Shown here piece after piece: positions 26,488-38,402 of a stretch of DNA of 64,000 nt. Both the position numbers and the translations under genes were made by a program. The stretch comes from Haliotis rufescens. Taxonomy: Eukaryota. Within the stretch, counting starts at the first letter, position 1; each line of letters begins with the position of its first letter. The notes below the pieces were generated by a model. The model was not told where the DNA came from. It saw only the letters and a list, made by a program, of their open reading frames with translations, and searched no databases. The stretch spans positions 44,268,001 through 44,332,000 of the forward strand of contig NW_025964372.1 of NCBI RefSeq assembly GCF_023055435.1, read 5' to 3'.

Positions 26488-27344
26488 GATGTCTGGTACC
26501 ATGCATCAATTTGACCAAGAATCCGAGAGGGATCCACTCAGTCACCTCTTTCAGCAAGCAGGTAGTTGGAGACCCAATTCATCTGTTTGAGGAGGTGGAT
26601 GTGGTGACGTTACTGTTGCAAACAAAACATTTTTTTGTTTTTGTGATCCAAAGGTGTTTGTGTGTGCGGTGTGGTTTTGGTGGGGTGGGGGATGCCAGGT
26701 GTTACAAAAAAACCAAAACACTTCCACTCTCCCAGAATTCGCAAACATACCTTTCTTGTTGCATGGTTGTATTCTATATTCTAGCGCACATTTGCCTGCA
26801 TACAATTTCCTGACTATTTGTGTTGGCATAGATTTTTATGATCATAGTCACAAAACATTGTTCATTTAAATATTTCCAGGACAAAAAGAATTCATTTCCT
26901 GTGTAGTCCTTTTATCCTGATGGTAAGGTGGAAATGGTTATTTATTTACTGAGACTGAAATCGCATTGGACGATTTTGAGGGCCCCTTTGTTTAGGCTTT
27001 GTAATCTATCGGATATCCTTTGTTAACAATGTAACTAGGCACAGAAGCAGGTAATATCGGACCAGCTGCCAGTCTGCGAATCCGGATCATGTGCCGAACC
27101 AATGTCAACTTACTGTAACACATAGCTTTTTGTGTTTTTTCAGCACGTTCTGCGAAGCACAGATATTTTATAACTGTAGCAAGTATTGATAAGAATTGGC
27201 ACGGAGAGTCGTCCCGTAAGCCATACTTGTTCGGCATCTATACTGGTTGGGTGCACGTGGTCGGACTCGGTTACTTGGTTGACTGCTAGGGACATTGCTA
27301 GTACAGCCATTCACTGGTTTATCTAATCCAGACTCGATTATGTT

Positions 27345-27600
27345 TTTTTTTGTATTTTAACGCCGTACTCAGCAATTTTCAGCTATATGACGGCGGTCTG
27401 TAAATAATCGAGTCTGGACCAGACAATCCAGTGATTGATATGAACCTCGATCCACTTATATATGATAGGATAGGATGACATGCATCAACCAAGTCCGCGA
27501 GCCTGACCACCCGATTCCGTAAGTCGCTGCTTACAAGCAGAGTCGCCTCTTACGACAAGCATGGGTTGATGAAGACCTATTCTAACCCGGATCTTCACGG
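27345..27600 (-). mobile_element. Family B
   Basis: Reverse complement of the consensus. Confidence 0.85.
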
Positions 27601-28044
27601 TAAGACTCGATCATGTCCAGGCCGCCGTTGGCATATTAGGGAGTGCAGCATAAAACATAAAAAAATGGCCTGGAGAGACCGTGAAAATCTTTGGAAAATG
27701 TTTAAAATTTGAATGTCTGGATTGAGAAGGTATGAAAATCCCAAACAAAAATTTGACGAAGCCATTTTCTTCTTTTTCAGCATATAACATTCCCCCACCT
27801 CACACAAACAGGGTAAATGCCTGACTTATTTAAACATGAACGCGTAAACAGATTATGTGAAAAAAGGCTGATATAACACCTTTTATAGTGGACAAAAATG
27901 GCGACAGGGCTTTGAAAAGTACAGATATAAAAGTCATTTATTCTCCACTGACGTAACAGAATGTTATGAGGTTCATGACTAGACAAACGTTTTTTCCCCC
28001 CTCAAGTTCTGTGATTCAACCGTAACCATTATGGATTTCTGATT

Positions 28045-28365
28045 TGAGGTGAAATGGGGTTTAACGTCGCGTTATTGCACTTGTGTAGTGATGTGCATGC
28101 AAGTATGTGTGTGTGGCTGCTTGTACTTGTCCGGATAATGCCGATTTTATAGTGCTAGGCCACTGTGATATTGTGGCATGAATACCCTACTCAAGACACA
28201 GTATACTGACTCCCTGACTAATAGTCCTTGTTTTAGCCCCTTAAACCCGAGCGCCAGGCAGGGTAACACCAAGTACCTTTTTTAACGTCTTTTGGTATGA
28301 CACGGCAGGGATTCGAACCCTGACCATCCTCTCTCCGGACGGGCGCTCCACTAGACCGTGCAGGC
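28045..28365 (-). mobile_element. SINE family D (tRNA head plus Meta/MESC-like central domain)
   Basis: Minus strand reads GGTTCGAATCCC..GTCATACCAAAAGACGTTAAAAAAGGTAC..CCCTGCCTGGCGCTCGG; (CACCT)n tail. The domain name is from recollection. Confidence 0.8.
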
Positions 28366-28599
28366 GTGCTAATAACGCACCCAAATGACCCCTAGCCACT
28401 GCGCGTGCCAGTGCGTATTGTTTTGACATGTGACAATGTAATCGCACTGCCACACGAGACCAAAATATTCAACAATAGTCTTTGAAATGTTGGTGTATAA
28501 TGTAAACAACAAATTCACTCGTTAGAATTCATCTCTGTTTTTTTTACGATTTTTAAAATTTATATTATTTTCTGCATTCACTGCACCCGTCGGTCTGTG

Positions 28600-28801
28600 C
28601 GCGTGCATACATATTGCTGTCGTCTGCTAACTTTGAAACGCGTCCTTTTGACAGCGGATAGGCAGAAAGAGTTCTCTCGGCAGGCGTATTTAAAAGCAAT
28701 CTAACTGCAATTTAATAGGAGTAATGTTAAAAGTTCTGGAACATTGCGTCTTATTTTCTCTACGAGATAACTCCAAGAATCGATCAGGAGAGGTGAATAA
28801 G
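28600..28801 (+). promoter_or_regulatory. Candidate promoter and non-coding first exon of the ADAMTSL2-like gene
   Basis: CpG-rich GCGCGTG motifs, TATA-like TATTTAAAA at ~28687 and a consensus donor AAG|GTAAGT at 28801. A candidate acceptor ttttccag| at 39835 precedes the ATG exon. Inference only. Confidence 0.35.
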
Positions 28802-29339
28802 GTAAGTAAATAATAATTATTTCGTAGACGGAAAAATTATGATCAATATTCCAACAGCAGAACATATCCATTTAGCATGTCAGAAAGCAAATATATATTT
28901 ATTTATTTTTCCGATTATATTTCGTCGGTCAAAAACGGTTGGAAGGCTGCTCATTTGTGTGCTAAAAGCTTGTCAATTAGCCCTCAAACCCAATATCTGT
29001 CTACAGATGGTATTCACGCCTAGCATAGCTCAGTGTTGCATGGAACCCGTGGACATTCCCATTTTAAATAAGTCTCTAGCAAGTTAAGCTTGTCGTAAGA
29101 AGCGACTAAATGGATTGGGTGGTCAGGCTCGCCGATTTGGTTGCTGAACGTCATCGTTTCCTATTACGTGGATCCATGCTCATGATGTCGATTACTGGAT
29201 TGTCTGGTCCAGATTCGATATATAGCCGGAATATTGTTGTGTGCGGCGTTATGCAACAAACAAAACAGTGTTGTATCGAACGCAAACTAGTGCATCTATA
29301 CGCATAACAATTGAAAAATGGACGCAATTCATGTTAAAT

Positions 29340-29596
29340 TGTTTGTGTGTTTGTTGTTTAACGCCTCACTCAGCAATATTCCAGCTATATGACGGCGGTC
29401 TGTAAATAATCGAGTCTGAACCAGACAATCCAGTGATTGATATCATGAGCATCGATCCGCTCAATTGGGATATGATGACATGCATCAAGCAAGTCGACTT
29501 GCCTGACCACCTGATCCCGTTGGTCGCCAAGCATAGTCGCCTTTTACGGCAAGCATGGGCTGCTGCAGACCTATTTTCTACCCGCATCTTCACGGA
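29340..29596 (-). mobile_element. Family B, inverted relative to a decayed copy at ~29045-29270
   Basis: Consensus match. Confidence 0.85.
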
Positions 29597-29619
29597 TTTA
29601 TGTCACATGTTAATAGTCA

Positions 29620-30300
29620 CATTTGCTTATAGAAATGGATCACTGTCTGCCTCAAATGCCTCCCACCAAAAGAAAACAACCCGAAGACATTTTTGAAAAA
29701 AAATGGCGGCCAATATCACTGCTAATTGGTTTTTCTAAATATGCATCAAATACATTTAATTTATTAATATGTATTAATATGATATATTATTATATCAAAT
29801 GGGATTAAAACATATTATCTGATTGATTATAATTGAGGATCAGAAAGGTTTTCATTGGGCCGGTATATAGGAGAAATAACCGAATTAATGTGATTTGAAA
29901 CTGAATTGAAAAGGCATTGACACAGTTGATAGAAAGTGTATTTAAAATATGCTGCAATTTTCGGTCCAAGTATTCAAAAATGGATAAGAACACTTATAAT
30001 TATATAAAATCAAGTGTTTTGGAAAATGGATTTTGGAGCCCTTTCTTTAATATCACAAGAGGTTCTTGCCAAGGATACCCATATATCTGAAATATTACTT
30101 TAATCATGAGAAAGGATAAAAAGATACCGGGAATTAAGATGGGTAATATTGAGTATACTGACGCTTACATTAGATGGATCTGAAAAATGCCTCTATGCAG
30201 AAACGACTACATTAAAGTATTTTGCCAGATTTTCTGGACTAAAGGTCAATACAGACAAAACTAAACTAGCATGGAATAGATTAAACAAAGGGATCCCGCC
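29620..30300 (+). mobile_element. Decayed L1/Tx1-clade LINE ORF2 reverse transcriptase fragment
   Basis: Frameshifted but ordered motifs KWRPISLL, EDQKGF..GRYIGE, EKA.D.V, FGPSIQKWI, NGFWS.FF.I.RG..QG.P, LDGSEK and FSGLKVN.DKTK. Confidence 0.82.
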
Positions 30301-31623
30301 ATAAACTATATCGAACCCGGGCCTTCGGCGTGATGAGCGAACAGGTTAACCACTAGGCTATCCCATTACCCCCGCAGCATAGTCTGATTCATGACATGCG
30401 AGTGATATAATTGTGATATTTGTATCCATAATAATTCAAGGTCTAGTATGCTATTTGTCTACTTTTCTTTGATTCAGAAGCAGAAATAAGTGAACTGTTA
30501 AAGGGTCCTAGGTACACAATTCACATCGAGAATATCTAAATGATTAGATATTACATACTGTATAAATTTTAGATTGTGTCCTGCTGCAGATCATTCGTTC
30601 TTTGGTAACTTCAATTTAATATCTAAATATAGTAATCCGTTCATGATCCGAAAATCTCCACCAAACTAAACAATGTGTCATGTTTTGAAAAGGTTAAGAT
30701 TCCGAAAAAACAGCTAAGTACATTTTCATACTGTTGGCTAATGACTGAATGAGATTTTACACTGCATGCAACATTTATGATGGCTGAGTGTTAGACGGAC
30801 AGACCAATGCGTTCATTTAAATAGTTTCAACCTGTCGGAAATTGGAATGACTCTTAAAAGAACATACCACTTCTTAAATATGCGATAAATTCAATGCACA
30901 GAGCCTAGAAATTACACAAGACCATCCATTCCAAGGTAATCAAGACAAGTGAAGCAACCCTATAATATCCAATGCAATACAAAGCAATCCAACTTTAGAA
31001 ATAGTATAAGGAATTTATTAGTTTTATGAAATTAATGGAATAGGCGATCAGTTCTTAAATGGACAGTTTGGATTGAACATTCATTTAATGTTCGTTGCAG
31101 CTTGGAAATACACCTGTTTTCTTCAAGTACGAGTTTAGACTTAGTTTAAGAAAACAGTTTTCTCATGTTCTAATGAACGCATTTCACCATCGTGACAAAA
31201 ATGATTTCCGATGCTATTCCCTATTTTGACTTGTACCATATGTATTCGTGGATTTTTTTTCAGGTGAACAATTGACTTGCCTTTGCATGTGTTTGTGACA
31301 GGTGCCATCTGTGGGACAGGATACGCTCACCTTTTCGCTAACACCAGGTATCATCACTTTTTATAGAGATTCATAAACACATGTTCAGGATATAGTCGGA
31401 ATCGTACAATCGACTCGGCTGTTGGCAGAGCTTTCTTATGATAATGGAGATGGTTTTGCCATATTTGTATCTTTAATCTCAGTCGTCTTTTTCCTCCTAA
31501 ATGAATGAGCTGTGGTCCAGTTGGAGTAAAGTGGTGGTATCTACCCCTGCCCTTTCCATGGCCCTTGAACTCTACTCAAATGTGCCTTGTGAATATCAAT
31601 TTCCCGAAATTTCCACTTTCATA

Positions 31624-31781
31624 GGGGCGGTCGGGTAGCCTAGTGGTTAAAGCGTTCGCTCGTCACGCCGAAGACCCGGGTTCGATTTCCGACATGGGTA
31701 CAATATGTGAAGCCCATTTCTGGTGTCCCCCGCCGTGATATTGCTGGAATATTGCTAAAAGCGGCGTAAAACCTCACTCAC
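31624..31781 (+). mobile_element. SINE family A, full length
   Basis: GGGGCGGTCGGGTAGCCTAGTGG...GGTTCGATT head; TSD TCCACTTTCATA. Confidence 0.9.
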
Positions 31782-32204
31782 TCCACTTTCATAAATGAAG
31801 TGGAGATTCTTCAGTTTGAAATGGGCTACCGTGTTCACGTTGGACCACCCAATTAAGAAATTCGCCAGTAAAGCACTGAAAATCTTGGTTGTCGTTATGA
31901 ACCTTTTTCTGTTGGAGGCCTGAAATATGATATGTAGGTCTACTTGTGTAACGAATGGGCAGCTTGCGAACTGACGTGCAGGACAAGTTAAATATGAGAC
32001 ATTGTGTAAATAAGAGAATTTTTTATCTACCTGACATTTTTGCACATTAAGGCGTAACCTTACACATTAGAAATTTATGTAAATGACGGTGGTTCAGTGG
32101 CTTGTTGCCCTGCAGGATTAAATTGATTTTGCCCAATGTTGCAATTCCATGCGTCACTTGTGATGGACGAGGTGGTGATCTCCGCTGTGATAACTATAGC
32201 ATGT

Positions 32205-32333
32205 NNNNNNNNNNNNNNNNNNNNNNNNNNNNNNNNNNNNNNNNNNNNNNNNNNNNNNNNNNNNNNNNNNNNNNNNNNNNNNNNNNNNNNNNNNNNNNNN
32301 NNNNNNNNNNNNNNNNNNNNNNNNNNNNNNNNN
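32205..32333. other. Assembly gap or masked Ns
   Basis: Run of N. Confidence 0.99.
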
Positions 32334-33924
32334 TGAAACACAGTCGAAGGACTTCCAAATAGGGACATCATATTTCTGTTTTTGTATTGTAGGTTTTGTC
32401 CTAGATTTACGTCTCGTATATTAGGGAGCAGGCGGGGTTCCGGTTCGGTCTATCTGACAAGTAATATACACGTGGCCTCAAAGTAGCGCTTGAAGGTTTA
32501 CTAGCATCGTGGGAAGTATGTTATTCATGATCGCGCTACGACGTCCTACAGCAAGCATATGCCTCGGCTTATGATTGCATTATATTTTCACAGTGAGCAG
32601 ATGCTGTTTTATACATTTCATACACAGTTCACTGCGGCATGAATGTAGGGTATGCCTTTGTGTAACTCGGCCCTACATAAAACTTGTTTGTTTGTTGTTT
32701 ATCGCTGCATCTATGTGAAAATCCAGTGATTGACATCACTGAGCATCGAACTACGCAATTTGGATACGATGCCATGGACCAACCAAGTCAACGAACCTGA
32801 AAACGTTTTGGAATCTTGGAAAAAAAGCGACAACTCTGTTAGGTGTTAACAAGGCACATTGGGCTTAATTTATAAGTCTTTGTAGCCTATTAATGATACC
32901 ATTTTGTTGTTCATATTATCAATCACTCGTTTGCCATACTCAATTATTAACAGGAAGTCGTCATACGTCGAATATTGCTGCGTGTAGCGTTAAACGATCA
33001 GCAACACATGACCAGGTAAAGAGTGAGTGTGGCTTTAGCAATATCCCAGCAAAATCACGACAGGAGACACCACAAATGTGGGGGGAATCAAACCTGGCCC
33101 TTCGGCGTGACGAGCGAAGAACGCTTTAACCACTTGGCTACCCCACCGCCCCTTTAGCGATGTAAAACCTTGAAAGTTGAATAACATTCTCAAAGAAAAC
33201 GAGTAACCTTGAAAAACTGTTCCCCCGAGTTCATAGACTTGCAGTCTCTTACCCGCTTATTCGTTTTACATGTAAAGTAAATGACTTAATAGTTTGGTGA
33301 TGTATATATAAATTAGTTAATTATGAAGCATGTCTTAGTTAACCATATTTACTATATCTTTTTTCAAAATGGTGTAAATGGCACTGAAGTCGGCCTGCTT
33401 CACACAGATATTGACCTATCTGTGTCGCAGCAAGGGCAGTCGGGTTCAAAGAACCAGTTCATAAATCAACAGATCAAACTAATTTATGGTTTACCGACAT
33501 ACCTAATTTCGCATTTAATATGGAGAGTGTTCCAGTGTAGAACTTTAATCATTCCTGGTGTTTGATGTAGATAATTATATATAGTTCTGGCACAGTGTAT
33601 CTACTGCCCTCCTCTTTTCATAGCACGCGTTTCCACTGACGAATTCCCAGGTAATTGAGACTCATTGAATACTTACCTGATATGCGGACTACGCTGAAAC
33701 GGTGCGGCGAGATCAAAGCGTGGACTGTCGGTTAGGTTATCATGTTATAAATAGGTTTCAATAATGGGGATTTAAAGGCGCTAGATCCGGTACGAATTAC
33801 AGTGGCATGAGCTTCATTTCGAAGACGAATGAAGTTGCACTTGTGATCAGTAAGCATATATTCTATTAATACCTTCATGTTATCTTATTTAACTCGTCGG
33901 AGATAGTTTTCGTTTCGTTTCTTT

Positions 33925-34160
33925 ATTGTTTAACGCCGCACTCAGAAATGTTCCATTTACATAACGGCGGTCTTTGGTAATCGAGTCTGGAACGGACAAT
34001 CCAGTGATTGACATCATGAGCATCGATCCACGCAATTGGGATCGATTACATGCATCAACCAAGTCAGCGAGCCTGACCTCCCGATCCCGTTAGTCGCCTC
34101 TTACGACAAGCACAGTCGCCTTTTAAGGCAAGCATGGGTTGCTGAAGATCTATACTACCC
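33925..34160 (-). mobile_element. Family B
   Basis: Consensus match. Confidence 0.85.
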
Positions 34161-34196
34161 TTGCAATACCCAACCCTAATGCTGTAGAGACTACGT

Positions 34197-34352
34197 GGCG
34201 GTGTAGCCTAATGGCTGAAACGTTTCATCGTCACCCCGAAGGCCCGGGTTTGATTACCCACATGGGTGCAATGTGTGAAGCCCATTTCGGGTGTCCCCCG
34301 CCGTGATATTGCTAGGATATTGCTAAAAGTGGGGTAAAACCATACTCATTCA
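34197..34352 (+). mobile_element. SINE family A, diverged
   Basis: Alignable to the family consensus. Confidence 0.8.
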
Positions 34353-34662
34353 TTCCCTCTCCCACACACGAGGTTAAGTAATACAGTCATGTTGTACGTG
34401 AAGCGTGGTCAATCAGCCTGTTGAATTAGAAGATGTTCCTTCCACATATAGCTTCAAGGCAAAAAGCCGCACGCTTTTCCCGTGTCAATTGAAGTCACGT
34501 GAAGTCAGTTTACCTCAGTTCAATCGAACAGCTGTTTTCTATCAATTTTGAATTTGTGTTAGTTCTTTTACAATGTCACATTTAAAGATCACTCGGCCTC
34601 CGGCTCATGGTATACAATCTAACGCGGAACGCAGAAAACCCCATGTATCCCTCGTGATCCTC

Positions 34663-34820
34663 GGGGCGGTCGGGTAGCCTAGTGGTTAAAGAGTTCGCTC
34701 GTCACGCCGAAGATCCGGGTTTGATTCCCGACATGGGAACAATGTGTGAAGCCCATTTCTGGTGTCCCCCGCCGTGGTATTGCTGGAATATTGCTAAACG
34801 CGGCGTAAAACCATACTCAC
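34663..34820 (+). mobile_element. SINE family A, full length
   Basis: TSD CCTCGTGATCCT. Confidence 0.9.
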
Positions 34821-35656
34821 TCCTCGTGATCCTGCAACAACTTATAGTTGTGCCGGTCATTGCGATTGCTTTCATTTTATCACGAAAGGTTCGTTTTATA
34901 CTTAATAGATTGTCTTTGTTGTGCTCGATACTTGAGGCTTGGTTATTATCCGTTACGCCAAATAGAATCTGTTGCAGTAGATAATCAAGATTGGTTATTC
35001 TCATGCATTGACTTTCTATATTATTTACTTCAAGCTTGTTGTGTCGTTCGACATCAGCCGTAGTCTCGTTCGACAGATACAAATAGTTTTGTGTGCCAAT
35101 CCAGATCTATCAGTGACTTTAAATGAATTTATATTAGGTGGTGATCAATTGTGTATTTCTCACACAAAAAGATGCAACACTCTAGAATAACTTACAAACG
35201 TCTAATCCTAATTTTTCTATTCGGCTTCTCTCGCCCTTCTTTGTGCTATTTTCATTGGTTGTTGTAAATATTATAGAGATAGTGTTGGACAACTCGTCCC
35301 CAATCTGTTTCAAGGTTGTGAATAAAATATATTTTAAACAAAACAAGGAAATGGACATACTAATTGTTATGGGAGAAATATGTTTAACCAAATTCTGATT
35401 TCTTATGAAACCTATCTAGACCTGACTCAACGCCATGTTAAGCAGTAGTTGTTGAAGTGATGCAGGCCTTAGATGTTTACCACTTTTGTTTAACCCTCGG
35501 GCATGTGTAAAGCTGCTGACAAACCAAGGAACACTATTACGGCGAATCATATCCTGGCATGCCTAAGGGACACGACTCTGCTACGAATTGCGGCGCGATG
35601 GATGACATGACCACCCGTGCCCAGCTACAATCAGACAATGCAGATTGTCTTGTTCA

Positions 35657-35886
35657 AGCCATGCTTGCCGTAAAAGGTGACTATGCTTGTGGTAAAAGGC
35701 GACTAACGGGATCGGGTGGTGAGGCTCGCTGACTTGGTTGATGCATGTCATCGATCCCAATTGCGTGGATCGATGCTCATGATTTCAATCACTGGATTGT
35801 CTGATCCAGACTCGAATATTTACAGACCGCCGTCATATAGCTGGAATATTGCTGAGTGCGGCGTTAAACAACAAACCAACCAACCA
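35657..35886 (+). mobile_element. Family B, 5'-truncated
   Basis: Consensus match; flanked by TCTTGTTCAAG repeats. Confidence 0.87.
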
Positions 35887-36189
35887 ATCTTGTTCAAGGC
35901 CAACGTCTGACGTACCTAGCACTCTATGCACTCAAAAAAAAGTTGTGAATCTTAAGGGAATCGTACTTTGAGAAAAAATGTTCTCTCGAGACGACCTTGC
36001 TGTACCGCTTCTCGTAACGCGTGCTATGATGTTTCAACATGTTAAACGTTGCCCAGGAACGTATATTTGTTTACTTTATCATTTCAGAGGCTTCGCATCA
36101 TTCCGCTAATTTCCTAACATCTGCAATCAGCAATATTTAACAAGATAAGAAACACTACTAGTCATCAACCTGATTGAAACAGATGATAG

Positions 36190-36468
36190 TGAGTGAGAGA
36201 GTTGTTTTTAACGCCGCTTTTAACAGTATTCCAGTTATATCACGGCGTGTCAGCTTAATGTGGGAGGAAAGCCCGAATTGATGCAGGTCTCAGACGTTTA
36301 CCACTTCGGTGGAACCCACGAGCTGGGGTATGGTGCTGACAAACCTAGAAACATAATTGGGGCGAACCGGGATTCGAACCCACAATCATAGGTTTCTGGC
36401 GTATCCAAGGGACGCAACTCTGCACAGCGAATCGCGGCGCCTTAGACGACTGGGCCACCCGTGCCCCC
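36190..36468 (-). mobile_element. SINE family C, full length (remnants also at ~1545, 35440, 37810, 47545, 47875, 59735, 60245, 61145, 63650)
   Basis: Near-identical reverse complement of the 17314 copy; TSD GAAACAGRTGATAG. Confidence 0.9.
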
Positions 36469-36866
36469 GAAACAGGTGATAGAATGTAGGGTACTACTTG
36501 AAGTCACCACTGAGATCTATAAGGGAGGCCACGCCGTGTGTATCGGCGGTAACAAAAAAAGTTCCCACAATGACAATTTAGTTACCATAATTGTGTAATA
36601 TGTTTTAAAAGAAATGGAGTTGAATATTTGTTTATTAATAAATTCAGTCACGTTCTCTGGCGACCCGTGAAGGTAGAGTAGGTCTTCAGCAACCTATTCT
36701 TGCCGTAAAAGGCGACGCACCACACTATCCCGACACCAGAACCCCACACCACACAACCCGCGCCCCACAAACCCCACTCCACACAACTCCGATTCCTCAC
36801 AAACTTACACCATACTATGACGACACCACAACCCCACATCACACAGCCCACAGACCTCACTACCCG

Positions 36867-37098
36867 GACCCGTGAAGATCCGGGTAGAAGAGGTCTTCAG
36901 CAACCCATGCTTGCCGTAAAAGGCGACTAACGGGATAAGGTCGTCAGGCTCGCTGACTTGGTTGATGCATGTCATCGTATCCATATTGCATATCCATATC
37001 AATCACTGGATTGTCTGGTCCAGACTTTATTATTTACAGACCGCCGTCATATAGCTTGAATATTGCTGAGTGCGGTGTAAAATAGCAAACAAGCAAAC
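36867..37098 (+). mobile_element. Family B, full head
   Basis: Starts GACCCGTGAAGATCC. Confidence 0.87.
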
Positions 37099-38169
37099 AC
37101 GTTCTCTGGCACCATTTCGGAACTTGATGAATTTAATTATCTTCGGGAAACCAACTGTGAGAGAATTATGCCATGTATTTGGAAGGACAATTATAGTGAA
37201 TAAAAGCGGCAAAACCTTTTCCGTATTCGTGAGAAATCACTGCCAAAAACAGTCGATTGTACGATTTTGACTATATTATAAGCATGTGTTTATGAATAAC
37301 TATCAAATAGTGATGATACCAGGTATTCGTGAAAAGGAGAGCGCATGCTGTCCCACCAGTGGCACCCGTCACGAACACATGCAGAGGAAAGTCAATTGTT
37401 CAGCTGAAAAAGCACGGGAACAAGTCAAGATAGGGAATAGCATCGGACGTCTTGTTTGATGCGTCAAATTTGGAATTGTCCTCCACATGTCTGAAAGAAA
37501 GTTTAACTGAGGCCTTGAATGTTGTAACCTTGATCAAAAAAATTCTGAGCAAGAGTTGATTGATGCTCTTTGAAATCTTGGTTGAAAGGGCATGCTCCAG
37601 TGAATCTAAAAAAATGTGAATTGTGAATATTGCATTAGCTGCAGCGTGATTATACCCAAGAGAGTGAGTAAGTGGGTTAGACCTTGCTTTAAACAGTTTT
37701 AATTACATACCGCGTTTTAAGCTTTACGTGGGAGAAAAAAGATATATCAACGTTACCCGACTTCCGGGGTTAACTACTTATAAATGAAGAAACATTCTGC
37801 CGTGATCCGTCTCAGACCTGCATTACTTCGGGCTTTCCTCCCACATCAAGCTGACACGTCGTGATATACTAGTAAACGGTCCAAAGAGACGTTAAACCCA
37901 ACTCTCTCACTCACTCTGTCGTGATTCTGCATCATCGTCGTCAAAACCATACATCGAGGTAACGAAGAATGACATCGGATAGCATGGTAGCCTAGTTGGT
38001 ATGGTCCCAGCCGGTTACATGGCAACACATTGAGTCCTTCAAAGTGGCAGTATTATTAGGTATATTTATTAACTGACTCCCAAGACAGTTGGGCTAACAC
38101 ATTGATACACTTTCAGTAAACTCTCACATAATTGAAATGCAATACACAAAGCATTTCATTTCATTCTGT

Positions 38170-38402
38170 ATGGTTGTATGGTTGTTTAACGCCGCACTCG
38201 GCACTATTCCAGCTATATGGCGGCGGTCTGTGAATAATCGAGTATGAACAGTGATTGACATCATGAGCATCGATCCACACAATTGGGATATGATGACATT
38301 CATCAACCAAGTCAGCGAGCTTGACCACCCGATCCCGTTAGTCGCCCCCTACGGCAAGTATTACTTGCTGAAGACCTATTCTATCCCGGATCTCCACGGG
38401 TC
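38170..38402 (-). mobile_element. Family B
   Basis: Consensus match. Confidence 0.83.

Noticed and set aside
31624-31700. tRNA gene calls for family A, C and D heads
   Set aside because: No proper acceptor stem; they run into a SINE body and tail with TSDs.
34840-35400. Minus-strand ORFs 34702-35082 and 35182-35391
   Set aside because: No recognisable domain; partly overlap a SINE; no consistent exon structure.
35716-35910. Recurrent short ORFs (MVRLADLVDACHRSQ..., ...ITGLSGPDS...) appearing many times
   Set aside because: Chance translations of family B copies with variable frames.
36867-36936. Calling the family B head a canonical HDV-like ribozyme
   Set aside because: No P1 upstream of the closing helix and no P3/L3 signature; kept only as an unclassified candidate.
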